Positions 27,940 through 37,966 of a stretch of 64,000 nt of DNA are shown here, piece after piece; position 1 is the stretch's first letter; the number at the start of each line of letters is the position of its first letter. The translations under genes and the position numbers were made by a program. The notes below the pieces were generated by a model. The model searched no databases, was not told where the DNA came from, and worked only from the letters and a program-made list of their open reading frames with translations. The DNA lies in the NCBI GenBank assembly GCA_027491295.1, contig JAIXWK010000002.1, forward strand, positions 58,032-122,031, read 5' to 3'. The stretch is from Microbacteriaceae bacterium. Lineage in GTDB: Bacteria > Actinomycetota > Actinomycetes > Actinomycetales > Microbacteriaceae.

Positions 27940-29447
27940 TTGACATTCACCTCCGAGATCAATTTGCGGGCCTGGGCATTTAGCACCAAAGCTGGCACAC
28001 CCGCAATGATAATTAACAGCAGCGCATAGGGCGCAGCCTGGGAGTAGGACAGGGTCTCGGTGGCCGCCCAAAGCTCTGTCGCCAAGGTGTCAACTCCGTT
28101 TGGCCTCAGCAGCAGGGTTGCCGGCAGTTCTTTCAAAACCGCAAGGGATGCCAGCGCGATTCCAGCCCAGATTCCAGCTCGAGACATCGGTAACACCAGC
28201 TTGAAGATCGCTTCGAGCTTTCCAAGACCAAGGGATCTGGCAACCTGCTCCTGAGCCTTTGAAACCTGAGCGATCGGAGTGGTGATAACCGAGAGTGCGT
28301 TAGGCAAAAACAAAATCAGATAGACAAAGATCAATAGCCAAACTGTTTGATAAATAGCCGGAGTTAGGTTTGCCCCAAAGAAGACCAGCGATAGCGCAAT
28401 CACCAAGGCAGGTAGTGCGTGGGAAGACCACACCGTGAGCTCGACACCTGATGCAAAACGGCTAGGGAATCTCACGTTCCAGATCGCTATCGCGGTGGCA
28501 AAGATTCCAATCACCAGACCCGCGCTTACAGCCATCCCCAGTGATGCCCCAAGCGCGCCAAGAATCTCTGACACATCCCATGCCTCGCCGGAGAAAGTCC
28601 ATGAGATCAATGCCGCAATCGGCACCAAGCTAGATCCGATTGCAACAATCAAAAGCATTGCCCCAGCCAAGTACTTCCAACGGCCAAGTTGAATCTTTAG
28701 TTGCCTGGACTGCTTCTCGACCTGGGTGTAGTCGGTTCGATATCGCTTCTCGAAATACAGCACTATCAGAGTTAGCAGCACCAAAACCACAGCTAAAGCT
28801 GCAGCTGCGGTTCGGTCAAAGGATCCGCGATAAGCGTTGTAGATGGCTCTGGTGAAAGTATCGAAGCGAAGAATCGATACCGCTCCAAATTCACTCAGGG
28901 TGTAAAGCGCAACCAGCAACCCCGAAGCCATCGCGGCAGAACGAACTTGAGGCCAGGTAACACGAAGTAAGACCTGAAAGCTGGTAAGTCCAAGAGACCT
29001 TGCGACCTCTTCCTGATTCACGTTTGAGCGAATCAAGGCTGCCGAAACAGCCAGAAAGACATATGGTGCGCTGGCCAGCGACAGTGTGATCCAGGAGGCA
29101 AAAAATCCGTTGAAGGATGGAAAGACGGAGGTGTATGCCAATGCCAACACGTAGCTTGGGATTGCCAGCGGCAAGGTGCCGAGCACAGCGAAAAAAGCTG
29201 CTCCGAACAAGTTAGTGCGGGTGGTTAGCCACGCTTGCAAAAAGCCAAGCAGCATTGCGGTGATGGTAACTGAAACCGTCAGCAACAAGGTGTTTGCCAA
29301 CAGCTCCAGGGTCCTTGCTCGCAATAACTCTGCAAGTGCTTTTTCGAACCCGCCGAACAAACGAATCAGCAGGTAACCAAGCGGCAATAGAGCCGACAGG
29401 GCAGCAAAAACTCCCAACGCGGAAATTGCTAATGGGGGTTTTTGCAT
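27936..29447 (-). CDS. Fe3+ ABC transporter permease (FbpB-like, two BPD_transp_1 domains)
   Basis: Two EAA-like loops (EEVARSLG, EQVARSLG) and about 12 TM segments. Confidence 0.85.
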   Translation of the reverse strand: MQKPPLAISALGVFAALSALLPLGYLLIRLFGGFEKALAELLRARTLELLANTLLLTVSVTITAMLLGFLQAWLTTRTNLFGAAFFAVLGTLPLAIPSYVLALAYTSVFPSFNGFFASWITLSLASAPYVFLAVSAALIRSNVNQEEVARSLGLTSFQVLLRVTWPQVRSAAMASGLLVALYTLSEFGAVSILRFDTFTRAIYNAYRGSFDRTAAAALAVVLVLLTLIVLYFEKRYRTDYTQVEKQSRQLKIQLGRWKYLAGAMLLIVAIGSSLVPIAALISWTFSGEAWDVSEILGALGASLGMAVSAGLVIGIFATAIAIWNVRFPSRFASGVELTVWSSHALPALVIALSLVFFGANLTPAIYQTVWLLIFVYLILFLPNALSVITTPIAQVSKAQEQVARSLGLGKLEAIFKLVLPMSRAGIWAGIALASLAVLKELPATLLLRPNGVDTLATELWAATETLSYSQAAPYALLLIIIAGVPALVLNAQARKLISEVNVK

Positions 29448-29454
29448 GTTTTGA

Positions 29455-30453
29455 CTAAATCAGCCCAGCTTGACGAATCAGCTCGAGAGTGCGCTCCAAC
29501 GAGTCGAGGTCGCTTAGATCAACCTTTGGAGATGGGATTTCAGTCAGTGGAGTCAAGTCATCCGCCGGCATCACGCCAGCAATCAGTGGGTACTCCCTGG
29601 TGGTCTCCGCAAAGTAGGTCTGGCCGGTTTGCGAAAGCAAGTACTCGACGAACTTTCTAGCCGCAGTGGAGTCATTGACGATTCCAACGCCTGCCGCGTT
29701 GATTAGGTTGCCGACATCGTTAGTTTCAAACTGGGCAATCTTTGACTTCATATTCTCAACACCCTGCTCCTGAGCAAGGGCATACCAGTAGTAGTGGTTG
29801 ATCAAACCAAGATCGACCTGGCCAGCTTCAACGGCCTCCAGGATCGCAGCGTTCTTCTCGAAGATGACGGCGTTCTGCTTCATGGCTGTCAGCCACTCCA
29901 AGGTCTTGTCATCGCCCTCAACTACTCGCATAGCTGTGACAAAGGCCTGGAAAGACGCATTGCTAGGAGCAATTGCAACCCTGCCCTTCCAGATTGGATC
30001 TGCAAGGTCGAAGACAGACTTTGGTAGTTCGGTGACCGTGTTTGGGTTGTAGCTCATCACTCGAACTCGACCGGAGACGCCTACCCACATTCCATCGGCT
30101 GCCGAGTAGGCGCTTGGAACTAGGTCATAAATCTCTTGAGGCAGCTTGGTAAAAAGCCCCGCCTTGGAGACAGCTCCAAGCGCTCCGCCATCCTGCGCAA
30201 AAAAGACATCTGCCGGGGAGTTATCCCCCTCTTCTAAAAGTTGAGCTGCAAGCTCAGCACTGCTTGCGTAGCGGACCTCAACCTGAATGCCGGTCTCTTC
30301 CTCAAACATGTCAATCAGTGGCTGCACCAATTCCTCATCACGACCTGCGTAAAGCACGATCGAATCCTGCTCGGAGGTCTCCGGCTCAGCTGCGCAGCCA
30401 GTTAGAGCGATAAGGGCGGTTAGGGAGAGAGCAAATAGCTTGTTGAAGCGCAA
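29455..30453 (-). CDS. Fe3+ ABC transporter substrate-binding lipoprotein (FbpA/FutA-like)
   Basis: Lipobox LTGC; motifs EEG..SPADVF, ASFQAFV and LINHYYW (adjacent Tyr iron ligands). Confidence 0.9.
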   Translation of the reverse strand: MRFNKLFALSLTALIALTGCAAEPETSEQDSIVLYAGRDEELVQPLIDMFEEETGIQVEVRYASSAELAAQLLEEGDNSPADVFFAQDGGALGAVSKAGLFTKLPQEIYDLVPSAYSAADGMWVGVSGRVRVMSYNPNTVTELPKSVFDLADPIWKGRVAIAPSNASFQAFVTAMRVVEGDDKTLEWLTAMKQNAVIFEKNAAILEAVEAGQVDLGLINHYYWYALAQEQGVENMKSKIAQFETNDVGNLINAAGVGIVNDSTAARKFVEYLLSQTGQTYFAETTREYPLIAGVMPADDLTPLTEIPSPKVDLSDLDSLERTLELIRQAGLI

Positions 30454-30494
30454 AGTGTTCCTTTCAAAAACGAGTTCTTAACGAACTTCTCTGA

Positions 30495-30513
30495 ATAGGT
30501 TAGGTTTACCTAA
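30495..30513. promoter_or_regulatory. DtxR/IdeR-type iron box overlapping the -10 of the Fe3+ ABC promoter
   Basis: ATAGGTTAGGTTTACCTAA matches TWAGGTWAGSCTWACCTWA at 17 of 19 positions. The minus-strand promoter is TTGACA (30525-30520), 17 nt, TAACCT (30502-30497). Confidence 0.85.
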
Positions 30514-30611
30514 CTAGTTTGTCAAGACGAGCCATTCCCGCTGGCAGAGCTAGTGGATTAGACTTTGGGTTGCTCGGTCTGATGATTCATGCCGCCTAGG
30601 AAAGATTTAGA

Positions 30612-32210
30612 TTGATAGCGGTTCAAGACCTCGAAATTCAAATTGGTGCCAGGACTTTGATGTCCGGCGTGAATTTCCGCATCCAAAAGGGTGACAAGGT
30701 CGGCCTTGTAGGTCGCAACGGTGCCGGTAAAACCACCCTCACCAAGATTCTCTCCGGGGATGGCCAGCCAACTCTCGGAACAGTTTCCGTGCACGGTCAA
30801 ATTGGTTACCTGCCCCAGGACCCGAGATCTGGCGATCCGAAAGAATTGGTGCGGACCAGAATCCTGAATGCTCGTGGACTGGGGGATATCTCGGCTCGCA
30901 TGCTCAAGGCAACCATGGATATGGCAAGCACCGATCAAAAGATTCACGATGCAGCCATGAAGAAATATGCCCGAGCTGAAGAAGAGTTCAATGCCGCCGG
31001 TGGTTATGCCGCGGAGGCGGAGGCGTCTTCGATTGCCTCAAACCTTGGCATTAGCGAACAGACTTTGCACCAAGAACTTGGGACTCTCTCCGGTGGCCAG
31101 CGCCGAAGAATTGAGCTGGCTCGAATCCTGTTTTCGAATGCAGAGACCATGCTGCTGGATGAGCCAACCAACCACCTTGATGCCGACCGTGTGGTTTGGC
31201 TTAGAAACTTCCTGAAGAACTACGCCGGCGGCTTGATTGTGATAAGTCACGATGTTGACCTGGTTGAAGAAACCGTAAACCGAGTGTTCTACCTCGATGC
31301 CAACCGCCAGGTAATCGACATCTACAACATGGGTTGGAAGAACTACCTAAAGCAGCGTGAGGCTGACGAGGAACGTCGCAAGCGTGAGCGTTCGGGAGCC
31401 GAGAAGAAGGCTGCCGTTTTGACTCTGCAGGCTGCAAAGTTTGGTGCCAAGGCAACCAAGGCCGCTGCCGCCCACCAGATGCAGCGCCGTGCCGAGAAGC
31501 TCCTCAGTGGTCTCGATGCGGTTCGCGAACAAGACCGGGTTGCCAAGATCAAGTTCCCAGAACCTGCTCCGTGTGGCAAGACCCCGCTTATGGCGTCGAA
31601 CCTCTCCAAGAGCTATGGCTCGCTGGAGATCTTCACAGCGGTTGACCTAGCTATTGACCGTGGCAGCAAGGTAGTGGTCATCGGACTAAACGGTGCCGGC
31701 AAGACCACCCTGCTGCGCATGCTCGCCGGAGTGGATAAACCCGACACCGGACAGATCGAACCGGGCCACGGTCTCAAGATTGGCTACTTCGCCCAGGAGC
31801 ATGAAACTTTGGATGTCACCAAAACCGTGCTGCAAAACATGCAGTCCTCAGCACCACAGCTAAATGACACCGACTGCCGCAAAGTATTGGGTTCGTTCCT
31901 ATTCTCGGGTGACGATGTTTCTAAGCCGGCAGGGGTGCTATCCGGTGGCGAGAAGACCCGCTTGGCATTAGCGGCATTGGTTGTATCCAGCGCAAACGTT
32001 TTGCTGCTTGATGAGCCAACCAACAACTTGGACCCGGCAAGCCGCGAGGAAATCCTGCGGGCGCTAGCTTCCTTCACGGGAGCGGTGGTTTTGGTTAGCC
32101 ACGATGTGGGTGCGGTTGAAGCGCTAAACCCAGAGCGAGTTTTAATTCTGCCGGATGGCGTTGAAGACCACTGGAACCAGGGTTACGCGGATCTGATTTC
32201 GCTGAGCTAA
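30612..32210 (+). CDS. ABC-F family ATPase (ribosome-associated)
   Basis: Two NBDs (GRNGAGKT, LSGGQRRR, LLDEPTNHLD; GLNGAGKT, LSGGEKTR, LLDEPTNNLD) and no TM segments. Confidence 0.9.
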   Translation: MIAVQDLEIQIGARTLMSGVNFRIQKGDKVGLVGRNGAGKTTLTKILSGDGQPTLGTVSVHGQIGYLPQDPRSGDPKELVRTRILNARGLGDISARMLKATMDMASTDQKIHDAAMKKYARAEEEFNAAGGYAAEAEASSIASNLGISEQTLHQELGTLSGGQRRRIELARILFSNAETMLLDEPTNHLDADRVVWLRNFLKNYAGGLIVISHDVDLVEETVNRVFYLDANRQVIDIYNMGWKNYLKQREADEERRKRERSGAEKKAAVLTLQAAKFGAKATKAAAAHQMQRRAEKLLSGLDAVREQDRVAKIKFPEPAPCGKTPLMASNLSKSYGSLEIFTAVDLAIDRGSKVVVIGLNGAGKTTLLRMLAGVDKPDTGQIEPGHGLKIGYFAQEHETLDVTKTVLQNMQSSAPQLNDTDCRKVLGSFLFSGDDVSKPAGVLSGGEKTRLALAALVVSSANVLLLDEPTNNLDPASREEILRALASFTGAVVLVSHDVGAVEALNPERVLILPDGVEDHWNQGYADLISLS

Positions 32211-35200
32211 CCCTCAAGAGCCTTCTTGATGCGCTGCAGTGATACTGGATCTTTAGTTCCCAGAGTTTGAGCAAACAGGCTCACTCGCAATTCTTCGAGC
32301 AGCCATCTTGCTCGCACCAAATTCTCCGCAGATGAACTAGGTAGCGGCAACTCTCCCCCGGCATTGATGAACACCTGCTGGGCTTGAACCAGCTCAACCT
32401 GCGCAGCGCGATCTTTGAGCGGGTTCTCCTGCATCTTGGTAACCCGAATGGTGATGGCTTTGAGGTAAACCGGCAAGCGCTTGAGTCTTTCCAGCGGTGT
32501 AACTGAAATGAAGTTCTTTGAAAGCAGCTGGGCGATGTGTGCCTTCTCATCGCTGAGTTCGTTTAGGAAGTCCATCGCACTGGCAGATGAAATAGCTTTA
32601 TTGGCTTCTCGAGCAGCATCAGAAATCTCACTTGAGAGCGCAACAATCTCAAAGCAAAACTCCAAGACCTTTGCCTGGACGCTGTCGCGTATTAGCTCGA
32701 ATTCTTTGCGAGCAAAGATAAGTCCGTCAGCCCTAACCTTTTGGATTTCCTCAATGGCAAGCGCTGCGATTACATCATCGACAAATGCACCAATGCCCTG
32801 GTAAGGCAAGGAAGCGAGCGCAAGTTTCTCCTGCTGCTTGAGGTGAGACTCGATGTATTTGGCGGGAGTTGGAATTGCGATTCTGACCAGTTCAGCAACA
32901 GCTCTTGGATGCCTAGCAAGACGATCAGCCTCGGTTGCTAGCACTTCTATGTCTACCGACTTTCCGTTTAGCACAAGCGCTGGGTAAGCCTTGATACTGC
33001 TATTGCCACTTACTGTTTCAACTAACTCGGTGAGCTGGTCGAAGTCCCAAGACTTCAACCCTTGACGCTCTAGATCTTTGTGTAGTCGAGTGGCAACCTG
33101 GGCGACAGCGCGCTGGCCCTCGGATTTGAACTTGCTTTGGAGTTCAACCAGGTCTGTCGAAGTTGCAACAGCCTTACCCTTTTGATCCACAACTCGGTAG
33201 GTCATTTTGAGTCCGTCTGAAAGCTTGCTCAGGTCAAAGTCCGATGCCAACACCTTGACGCCAGCCATAGTTTGAATTGTCTGGGCCATGGTTTCGGTCA
33301 GAGCGCCTGTTGGGTGCAGTTCAACCAAGATCTTCTTGGCCCAATCTGCCGCCGGGACCACCGCCTTACGAATGGATTTTGGTAGCGCTCGAATCATCTC
33401 TGTGACTAGTTCCAACCGAAGGCCGGGGACCAGCCAGTCAAATTCAGTGGAATTCAAGCTCGGCAAAACCTCAACGGGAATGCTTATTGTGACACCGTCT
33501 TCTAAATCACCCGGGGCAAATCGATACTGCAGATCGAACTGATGCCCGTGGGTGATCCAGCTTGAAGGGAACTCATTCTCATCCGGAGCTACCAGCGCAA
33601 CCTCTTTGAGGTTTTCTCGGGTCATGGTCAGAAGGCTGGGCTTTTCCTCCCTTATCTTTCGCCACCAACCCTCAAACGCACGTGTTGAGAAAACATCTAG
33701 TGGAATGCGGTTATTGAAAAAGCGGTATTGGTCCTGCTCATCTGGAATTAGCTCTGGCTTTCTAGCTCGCTCAGCCTCTGCTTCAAGCTCTGCCAAGAGT
33801 TTGCGGTTCTCTCGTTCAAAGCTCTGCTTGGAATCCCATTCGCCATCAACCAGAGCATGCCGAATAAACAGCTCTCTGGCATGCATTGGATCGATGCGCG
33901 AGTACTGCACCTTTTGACCCGAGATGATCACCAAGCCAAAGAGCGTGACCTTCTCAAGTGCAATGGCAGCGCCCATCTTCTTTTCCCAGTGCGGATCAGA
34001 AATCTGGCGCTTGCACAACTCCCCGGCAATCTCTGCAGCCCAGGCCGGATCAACCGCCGCATTCATGCGAGCAAAGAGCCTGCTGGTTTCAACAAGTTCT
34101 GCTGACATCAAAGCCTCGGGAGGCTTTTTGGCGAGCGCCGATCCTGGGAAAAGGACGAACTTTCTGCCGTTGGAACCCAAATACTCTCGAGACGTCCTTT
34201 GCTTTACCGGCTTACCGTTTACGAACTTTTGCTTTTGATCCTGCAACAGCCCCAGCTGGCTCAATAGACCCGCCAGCACCGACTTGTGGATTGCATCGGG
34301 GTTCACTCGCGCTGGTCCATAATCCAAGCCCAGCGGCTTAGAGACCAGCTTGAGCTGCTTGACAAGGTCCTGCCACTCTCGAATGCGCAGGAAGTTTAGG
34401 TGCTCCGCCTTACATAGCTTTCTAAAGGCGCTCGAGGAGAGCTTGCCCTGTTGCCCTTCAAGGTGATTCCAGAGATTGACCAGGGTTAGGAAGTCTGAGG
34501 TTGGGTCCGTGAAGCGAGCGTGTAGCAGGTCTGCCTTCTCACGCTTTTCGATAGGGCGCTCTCTTGGATCCTGAATGGTGAGTCCCGCAACAATCACCAT
34601 TACCTCTCGGGTGACATTGTTCTTAGTTGACTCCAAAAGCATTCGAGCGAATCTCGGTTCAATCGGCAGTCGTGCCAACTGCTTGCCCAACCCAGTGAGA
34701 ACGAGCTGCCCCTGCTCATCCTGGGCTAGCGCTCCAAGTTCAACTAGCAGGTTGTTACCGTCCTTGACGCCTTTATTGTCAGGTGCCTGCAGGAAAGGGA
34801 ACTTCCCCAGTTCGCCAAGGCCTAGGTTGGCAGCCTGCAGGATTACAGATGCCAAATTAGTGCGCAGTATTTCCGGATCGGTGAACTCTGGTCTGGAATT
34901 GAAATCCTCTTGGGAGTAGAGCCGTATCACAGTTCCAGGAGAGGTGCGACCGGCACGACCGGCACGCTGGTTAGCGCTGGCTTGGCTAATCGCCTCAATC
35001 GGTAAGCGCTGAACTTTGAGCCTGGTGCTGTATCTAGAGATGCGAGCGGTTCCCGCATCGATCACATACTTGATGTTTGGAATGGTCAAAGAGGTCTCGG
35101 CAACGTTTGTTGCGAGAATCACTCGCTGTTGAATACCTGCTGACTTTGAAGGCTCAAAGACTCGGTGCTGCTCGGCGGAGCTCAAGCGCCCATAAAGCGG

Positions 35201-35989
35201 CAGCACCTCTATGCGCTTGGTTAGTTGACCAGCGGTTGCAGCTCCAATAATCGCGTCTTGGGCATCGCGGATCTCTGACTCTCCCGATAGAAACACCAAC
35301 ACATCGCCAGCCTCTTCACGCTCCAGCTCCTTGATTGCTGAGACCACACCATCGATGTAGTCGTCAGCTGTGGTCTCAGCATCTGGGTCAGACTCCCCCT
35401 GTTTTTCAGAAACCACCGGGCGGTAGCGAATCTCGATCGGGAAGGTGCGGCCGCTGACCTCAATGATTGGGGCATCATCGAAGTGCCGGCTAAAGGACTG
35501 TGGGTCAATGGTTGCCGAGGTGATGATTACCTTGAGATCTTTGCGCTTTGGGAGTAGCTGCTTGAGGTAACCGAGCAGAAAGTCAATGTTCAGGCTGCGC
35601 TCGTGAGCCTCGTCGATGATTATGGTGTCGTATTGATTCAGGTTTCTATCGTTCTGCATCGCATTTAGTAAGATGCCGTCGGTCATTACCTTGACCAGGG
35701 TCTTCTTCGACGATGTGTCAGTGAAGCGAACCTGGTAACCAACCTCTTGGCCAAGCTCCACTTTGAGTTCCTCGGCAATTCGCTCCGCCACCGAACGCGC
35801 TGCGATGCGACGGGGTTGGGTGTGTGCGATGGACTTGCGACCAAGTTCCAAGCACATCTTTGGAATCTGCGTGGTCTTACCCGAACCGGTGGCACCGGCA
35901 ATTACCACTACCTGGTTATTCTGAATCGCCTCAATAATCTCCTCGCGAAGAAGGGAGACTGGCAGGTCATCTGGGTAATTTATATTCAC
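32207..35989 (-). CDS. hrpA: ATP-dependent DEAH RNA helicase HrpA
   Basis: Motifs GATGSGKTTQIPK, HTQPRRIAA, DEAHER, SAT, ATNVAETSLT and QRAGRAGR; DUF3418-like C-terminus (RWLLEELRVSLFAQ). Confidence 0.95.
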   Translation of the reverse strand: MNINYPDDLPVSLLREEIIEAIQNNQVVVIAGATGSGKTTQIPKMCLELGRKSIAHTQPRRIAARSVAERIAEELKVELGQEVGYQVRFTDTSSKKTLVKVMTDGILLNAMQNDRNLNQYDTIIIDEAHERSLNIDFLLGYLKQLLPKRKDLKVIITSATIDPQSFSRHFDDAPIIEVSGRTFPIEIRYRPVVSEKQGESDPDAETTADDYIDGVVSAIKELEREEAGDVLVFLSGESEIRDAQDAIIGAATAGQLTKRIEVLPLYGRLSSAEQHRVFEPSKSAGIQQRVILATNVAETSLTIPNIKYVIDAGTARISRYSTRLKVQRLPIEAISQASANQRAGRAGRTSPGTVIRLYSQEDFNSRPEFTDPEILRTNLASVILQAANLGLGELGKFPFLQAPDNKGVKDGNNLLVELGALAQDEQGQLVLTGLGKQLARLPIEPRFARMLLESTKNNVTREVMVIVAGLTIQDPRERPIEKREKADLLHARFTDPTSDFLTLVNLWNHLEGQQGKLSSSAFRKLCKAEHLNFLRIREWQDLVKQLKLVSKPLGLDYGPARVNPDAIHKSVLAGLLSQLGLLQDQKQKFVNGKPVKQRTSREYLGSNGRKFVLFPGSALAKKPPEALMSAELVETSRLFARMNAAVDPAWAAEIAGELCKRQISDPHWEKKMGAAIALEKVTLFGLVIISGQKVQYSRIDPMHARELFIRHALVDGEWDSKQSFERENRKLLAELEAEAERARKPELIPDEQDQYRFFNNRIPLDVFSTRAFEGWWRKIREEKPSLLTMTRENLKEVALVAPDENEFPSSWITHGHQFDLQYRFAPGDLEDGVTISIPVEVLPSLNSTEFDWLVPGLRLELVTEMIRALPKSIRKAVVPAADWAKKILVELHPTGALTETMAQTIQTMAGVKVLASDFDLSKLSDGLKMTYRVVDQKGKAVATSTDLVELQSKFKSEGQRAVAQVATRLHKDLERQGLKSWDFDQLTELVETVSGNSSIKAYPALVLNGKSVDIEVLATEADRLARHPRAVAELVRIAIPTPAKYIESHLKQQEKLALASLPYQGIGAFVDDVIAALAIEEIQKVRADGLIFARKEFELIRDSVQAKVLEFCFEIVALSSEISDAAREANKAISSASAMDFLNELSDEKAHIAQLLSKNFISVTPLERLKRLPVYLKAITIRVTKMQENPLKDRAAQVELVQAQQVFINAGGELPLPSSSAENLVRARWLLEELRVSLFAQTLGTKDPVSLQRIKKALEG

Positions 35990-36057
35990 ACTGGTCGATT
36001 TGGTCTCGGGGCTTTCCAGCCTAATTGAACCGCCTTGCCGACAAGTAGCTTGGCTAA

Positions 36058-37191
36058 CTAAACCCGCAGCTTATTCTTGGCGGCTTCAGTAGTTTTCAGA
36101 GCAAATGGCCAGATGGCGTCGCTTGGACTGAGGCCCATGTGTAGCGTCACAAAATCAGCGGTAGGTAAAAACAGCAGCTGGTGGTGCAAATCCAGATTGG
36201 CTTGATCGTCTGGAATTTCAAATTCCAGCGCCGCCTGTAGTAAGGCCATGAGTGCCTTCGGCTCCCTACCGGAGTCAGCGAGTATTCTCGCCGGGCCGAT
36301 GATTCGCTCGCTGCGAGAAATCTTTCGAATTGGATCTCTGCCAACTCGAACAATCAAGTCATCTAGCAGTGGGTTTCCAAGTCGCTCAAGGGTCTTCCGC
36401 ACATAGTCACCCTGCTCCACCGAGCTGAATCCATGCTTGATTACCAATGCCCTAGAGGTTTCTTCCAACACCGCAGCGACCTCGCGCTCAATCTCTGGGT
36501 TTTTTAGGGCTGTGGCGATTGTGGTTTGGCCTGCCTTCTGACCCAGGTAGGCGATGGCGCAGTGGGCCGTATTTACGGTGTAAAGCTTGCGTTCGATAAA
36601 AGGTTGCAGGTCTTCCACGAGTTTCGCAGTGGGAACACGTAGTGGAATTTCAAGATTCTTTGTTTCGATTACCCACTCCGAAAACACTTCAACCTCTACA
36701 TCGGGAAAAAGTTCGGCATCTTGCATCGGCACAATGCGGTCTACCGCCGTATTACAAAAGATCATTCGAGAATGATCGATTCCATACTTGGCAATCTCTT
36801 CCGCCAATGAGTCAGTCGCGTTCACCGCGTTTTCGCATGCCATAACTAGAACCGGCGTGGGGAGCTGGCGCAGCAATATCGCTTCCGCAATAGCAGGAGC
36901 GATGCGGGGCAAAATATTCACTCCGACTGCTGCCGTTATTAGGTCGGCGGTTACTAGTTCGTCTCGTAACCGCTCTGGCTCGAGCATGGAGTTTATGGCG
37001 GAGAAATTCTTGTAGTCCGAAGTGATTCCACCCTCGCCGATCTCAACCACTCGATAGTGGCCGGCGGAATTTAGTGAATCAATGACATCTGAGTTGACGT
37101 CTGCGAAAACAACGTGATAACCGGAATCTTGAAGGACTGCCCCAATGAAGCCACGGCCGATATTGCCCGCACCAAAATGCACTGCTTTCAT
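36058..37191 (-). CDS. mtlD: Mannitol-1-phosphate 5-dehydrogenase
   Basis: Motifs KAVHFGAGNIGRGFIG, MACEN, AVDRIVP, ERKLYTVN, RVGRDPIRK and ERIIGP. Confidence 0.95.
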   Translation of the reverse strand: MKAVHFGAGNIGRGFIGAVLQDSGYHVVFADVNSDVIDSLNSAGHYRVVEIGEGGITSDYKNFSAINSMLEPERLRDELVTADLITAAVGVNILPRIAPAIAEAILLRQLPTPVLVMACENAVNATDSLAEEIAKYGIDHSRMIFCNTAVDRIVPMQDAELFPDVEVEVFSEWVIETKNLEIPLRVPTAKLVEDLQPFIERKLYTVNTAHCAIAYLGQKAGQTTIATALKNPEIEREVAAVLEETSRALVIKHGFSSVEQGDYVRKTLERLGNPLLDDLIVRVGRDPIRKISRSERIIGPARILADSGREPKALMALLQAALEFEIPDDQANLDLHHQLLFLPTADFVTLHMGLSPSDAIWPFALKTTEAAKNKLRV

Positions 37192-37219
37192 GGTTTGCCC
37201 CCTTCCTTGGCCTGACTAA

Positions 37220-37660
37220 TCAGAGACTGGCGCCTGAAGCTATTAGCTTCAGAATTTCTTCTTTTGAATCAGAACCATAGAAAACCTCAAGGTTCTCTGG
37301 TTCTTGTAACAGCTCTGCCAGCTGCCCTAAAAGCTCAACGTGGGCATCTCCTCGGGAGGCGATTCCCAAAACACAACGAACCTCTTCTTCGGCCCAAGCT
37401 ATGGGTGTTTGAAGTTGCAGGAAGACTAACTGGTCCCTTATTACGTATTTACGGGACTCGTCGGTCCCGTGAGGAATCGCGAACCCGACACCGATGGCAG
37501 ATGGAAAGATTTGTTCTCTTTCCCACATTGCATCTGCATACTCTTGACTTACAGCTCCCAGTTCGACCAGGAGTTTTCCGCATTGAGCTACTGCCTCCTC
37601 CGCAGAGGAGGCAGTAGCACCAATCACGATTCCGGCTTGAGTGATTAGCTCAGTCGCCAA
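37220..37660 (-). CDS. PTS EIIA component (mannitol/fructose family)
   Basis: Motifs M.ERE and FAIPHGT (phospho-His). Start placed at TTG 37660. Confidence 0.85.
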   Translation of the reverse strand: MATELITQAGIVIGATASSAEEAVAQCGKLLVELGAVSQEYADAMWEREQIFPSAIGVGFAIPHGTDESRKYVIRDQLVFLQLQTPIAWAEEEVRCVLGIASRGDAHVELLGQLAELLQEPENLEVFYGSDSKEEILKLIASGASL

Positions 37661-37964
37661 CGATCTCAGCACCTTCTGAGAGGTCTGACACCAATTGAGC
37701 GATTTTGAAATCACCTAAGAACATGTCGAATACGATCACCACCGAGCCAGGGACAGCTTGCTTGGCCCGACTCCCAAGACCGCGGTGACAGAGCACCACG
37801 TCATGAGGTTCGTCAGCAAGCTGATTGACCGGGGTGTGGCTCACGGTGATACCGGTGCGCTTCAGCTGCTTTGCAAGCATCCTGGCAACCATCACAGAAG
37901 AACCCATGCCCGCTTCGCAAGCAACAACAATGTGCTTGACGTCAGCTCCGGAGATAGTTGCCAT
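37650..37964 (-). CDS. PTS EIIB component (mannitol type)
   Basis: Motif VACEAGMGSS. Confidence 0.9.
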   Translation of the reverse strand: MATISGADVKHIVVACEAGMGSSVMVARMLAKQLKRTGITVSHTPVNQLADEPHDVVLCHRGLGSRAKQAVPGSVVIVFDMFLGDFKIAQLVSDLSEGAEIVGD

Positions 37965-37966
37965 CG

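Noticed and set aside
27940-28071. N-terminal extension of the Fe ABC ATPase in the ORF track
   Set aside because: It overlaps the permease. ATG 27939 gives a standard ATGA coupling with a GGAGG SD.
30558-30947. Antisense ORFs over ABC-F, hrpA, gnd, nrdE and the giant gene
   Set aside because: They are typical shadows of GC-biased coding strands, with no motifs or SDs.
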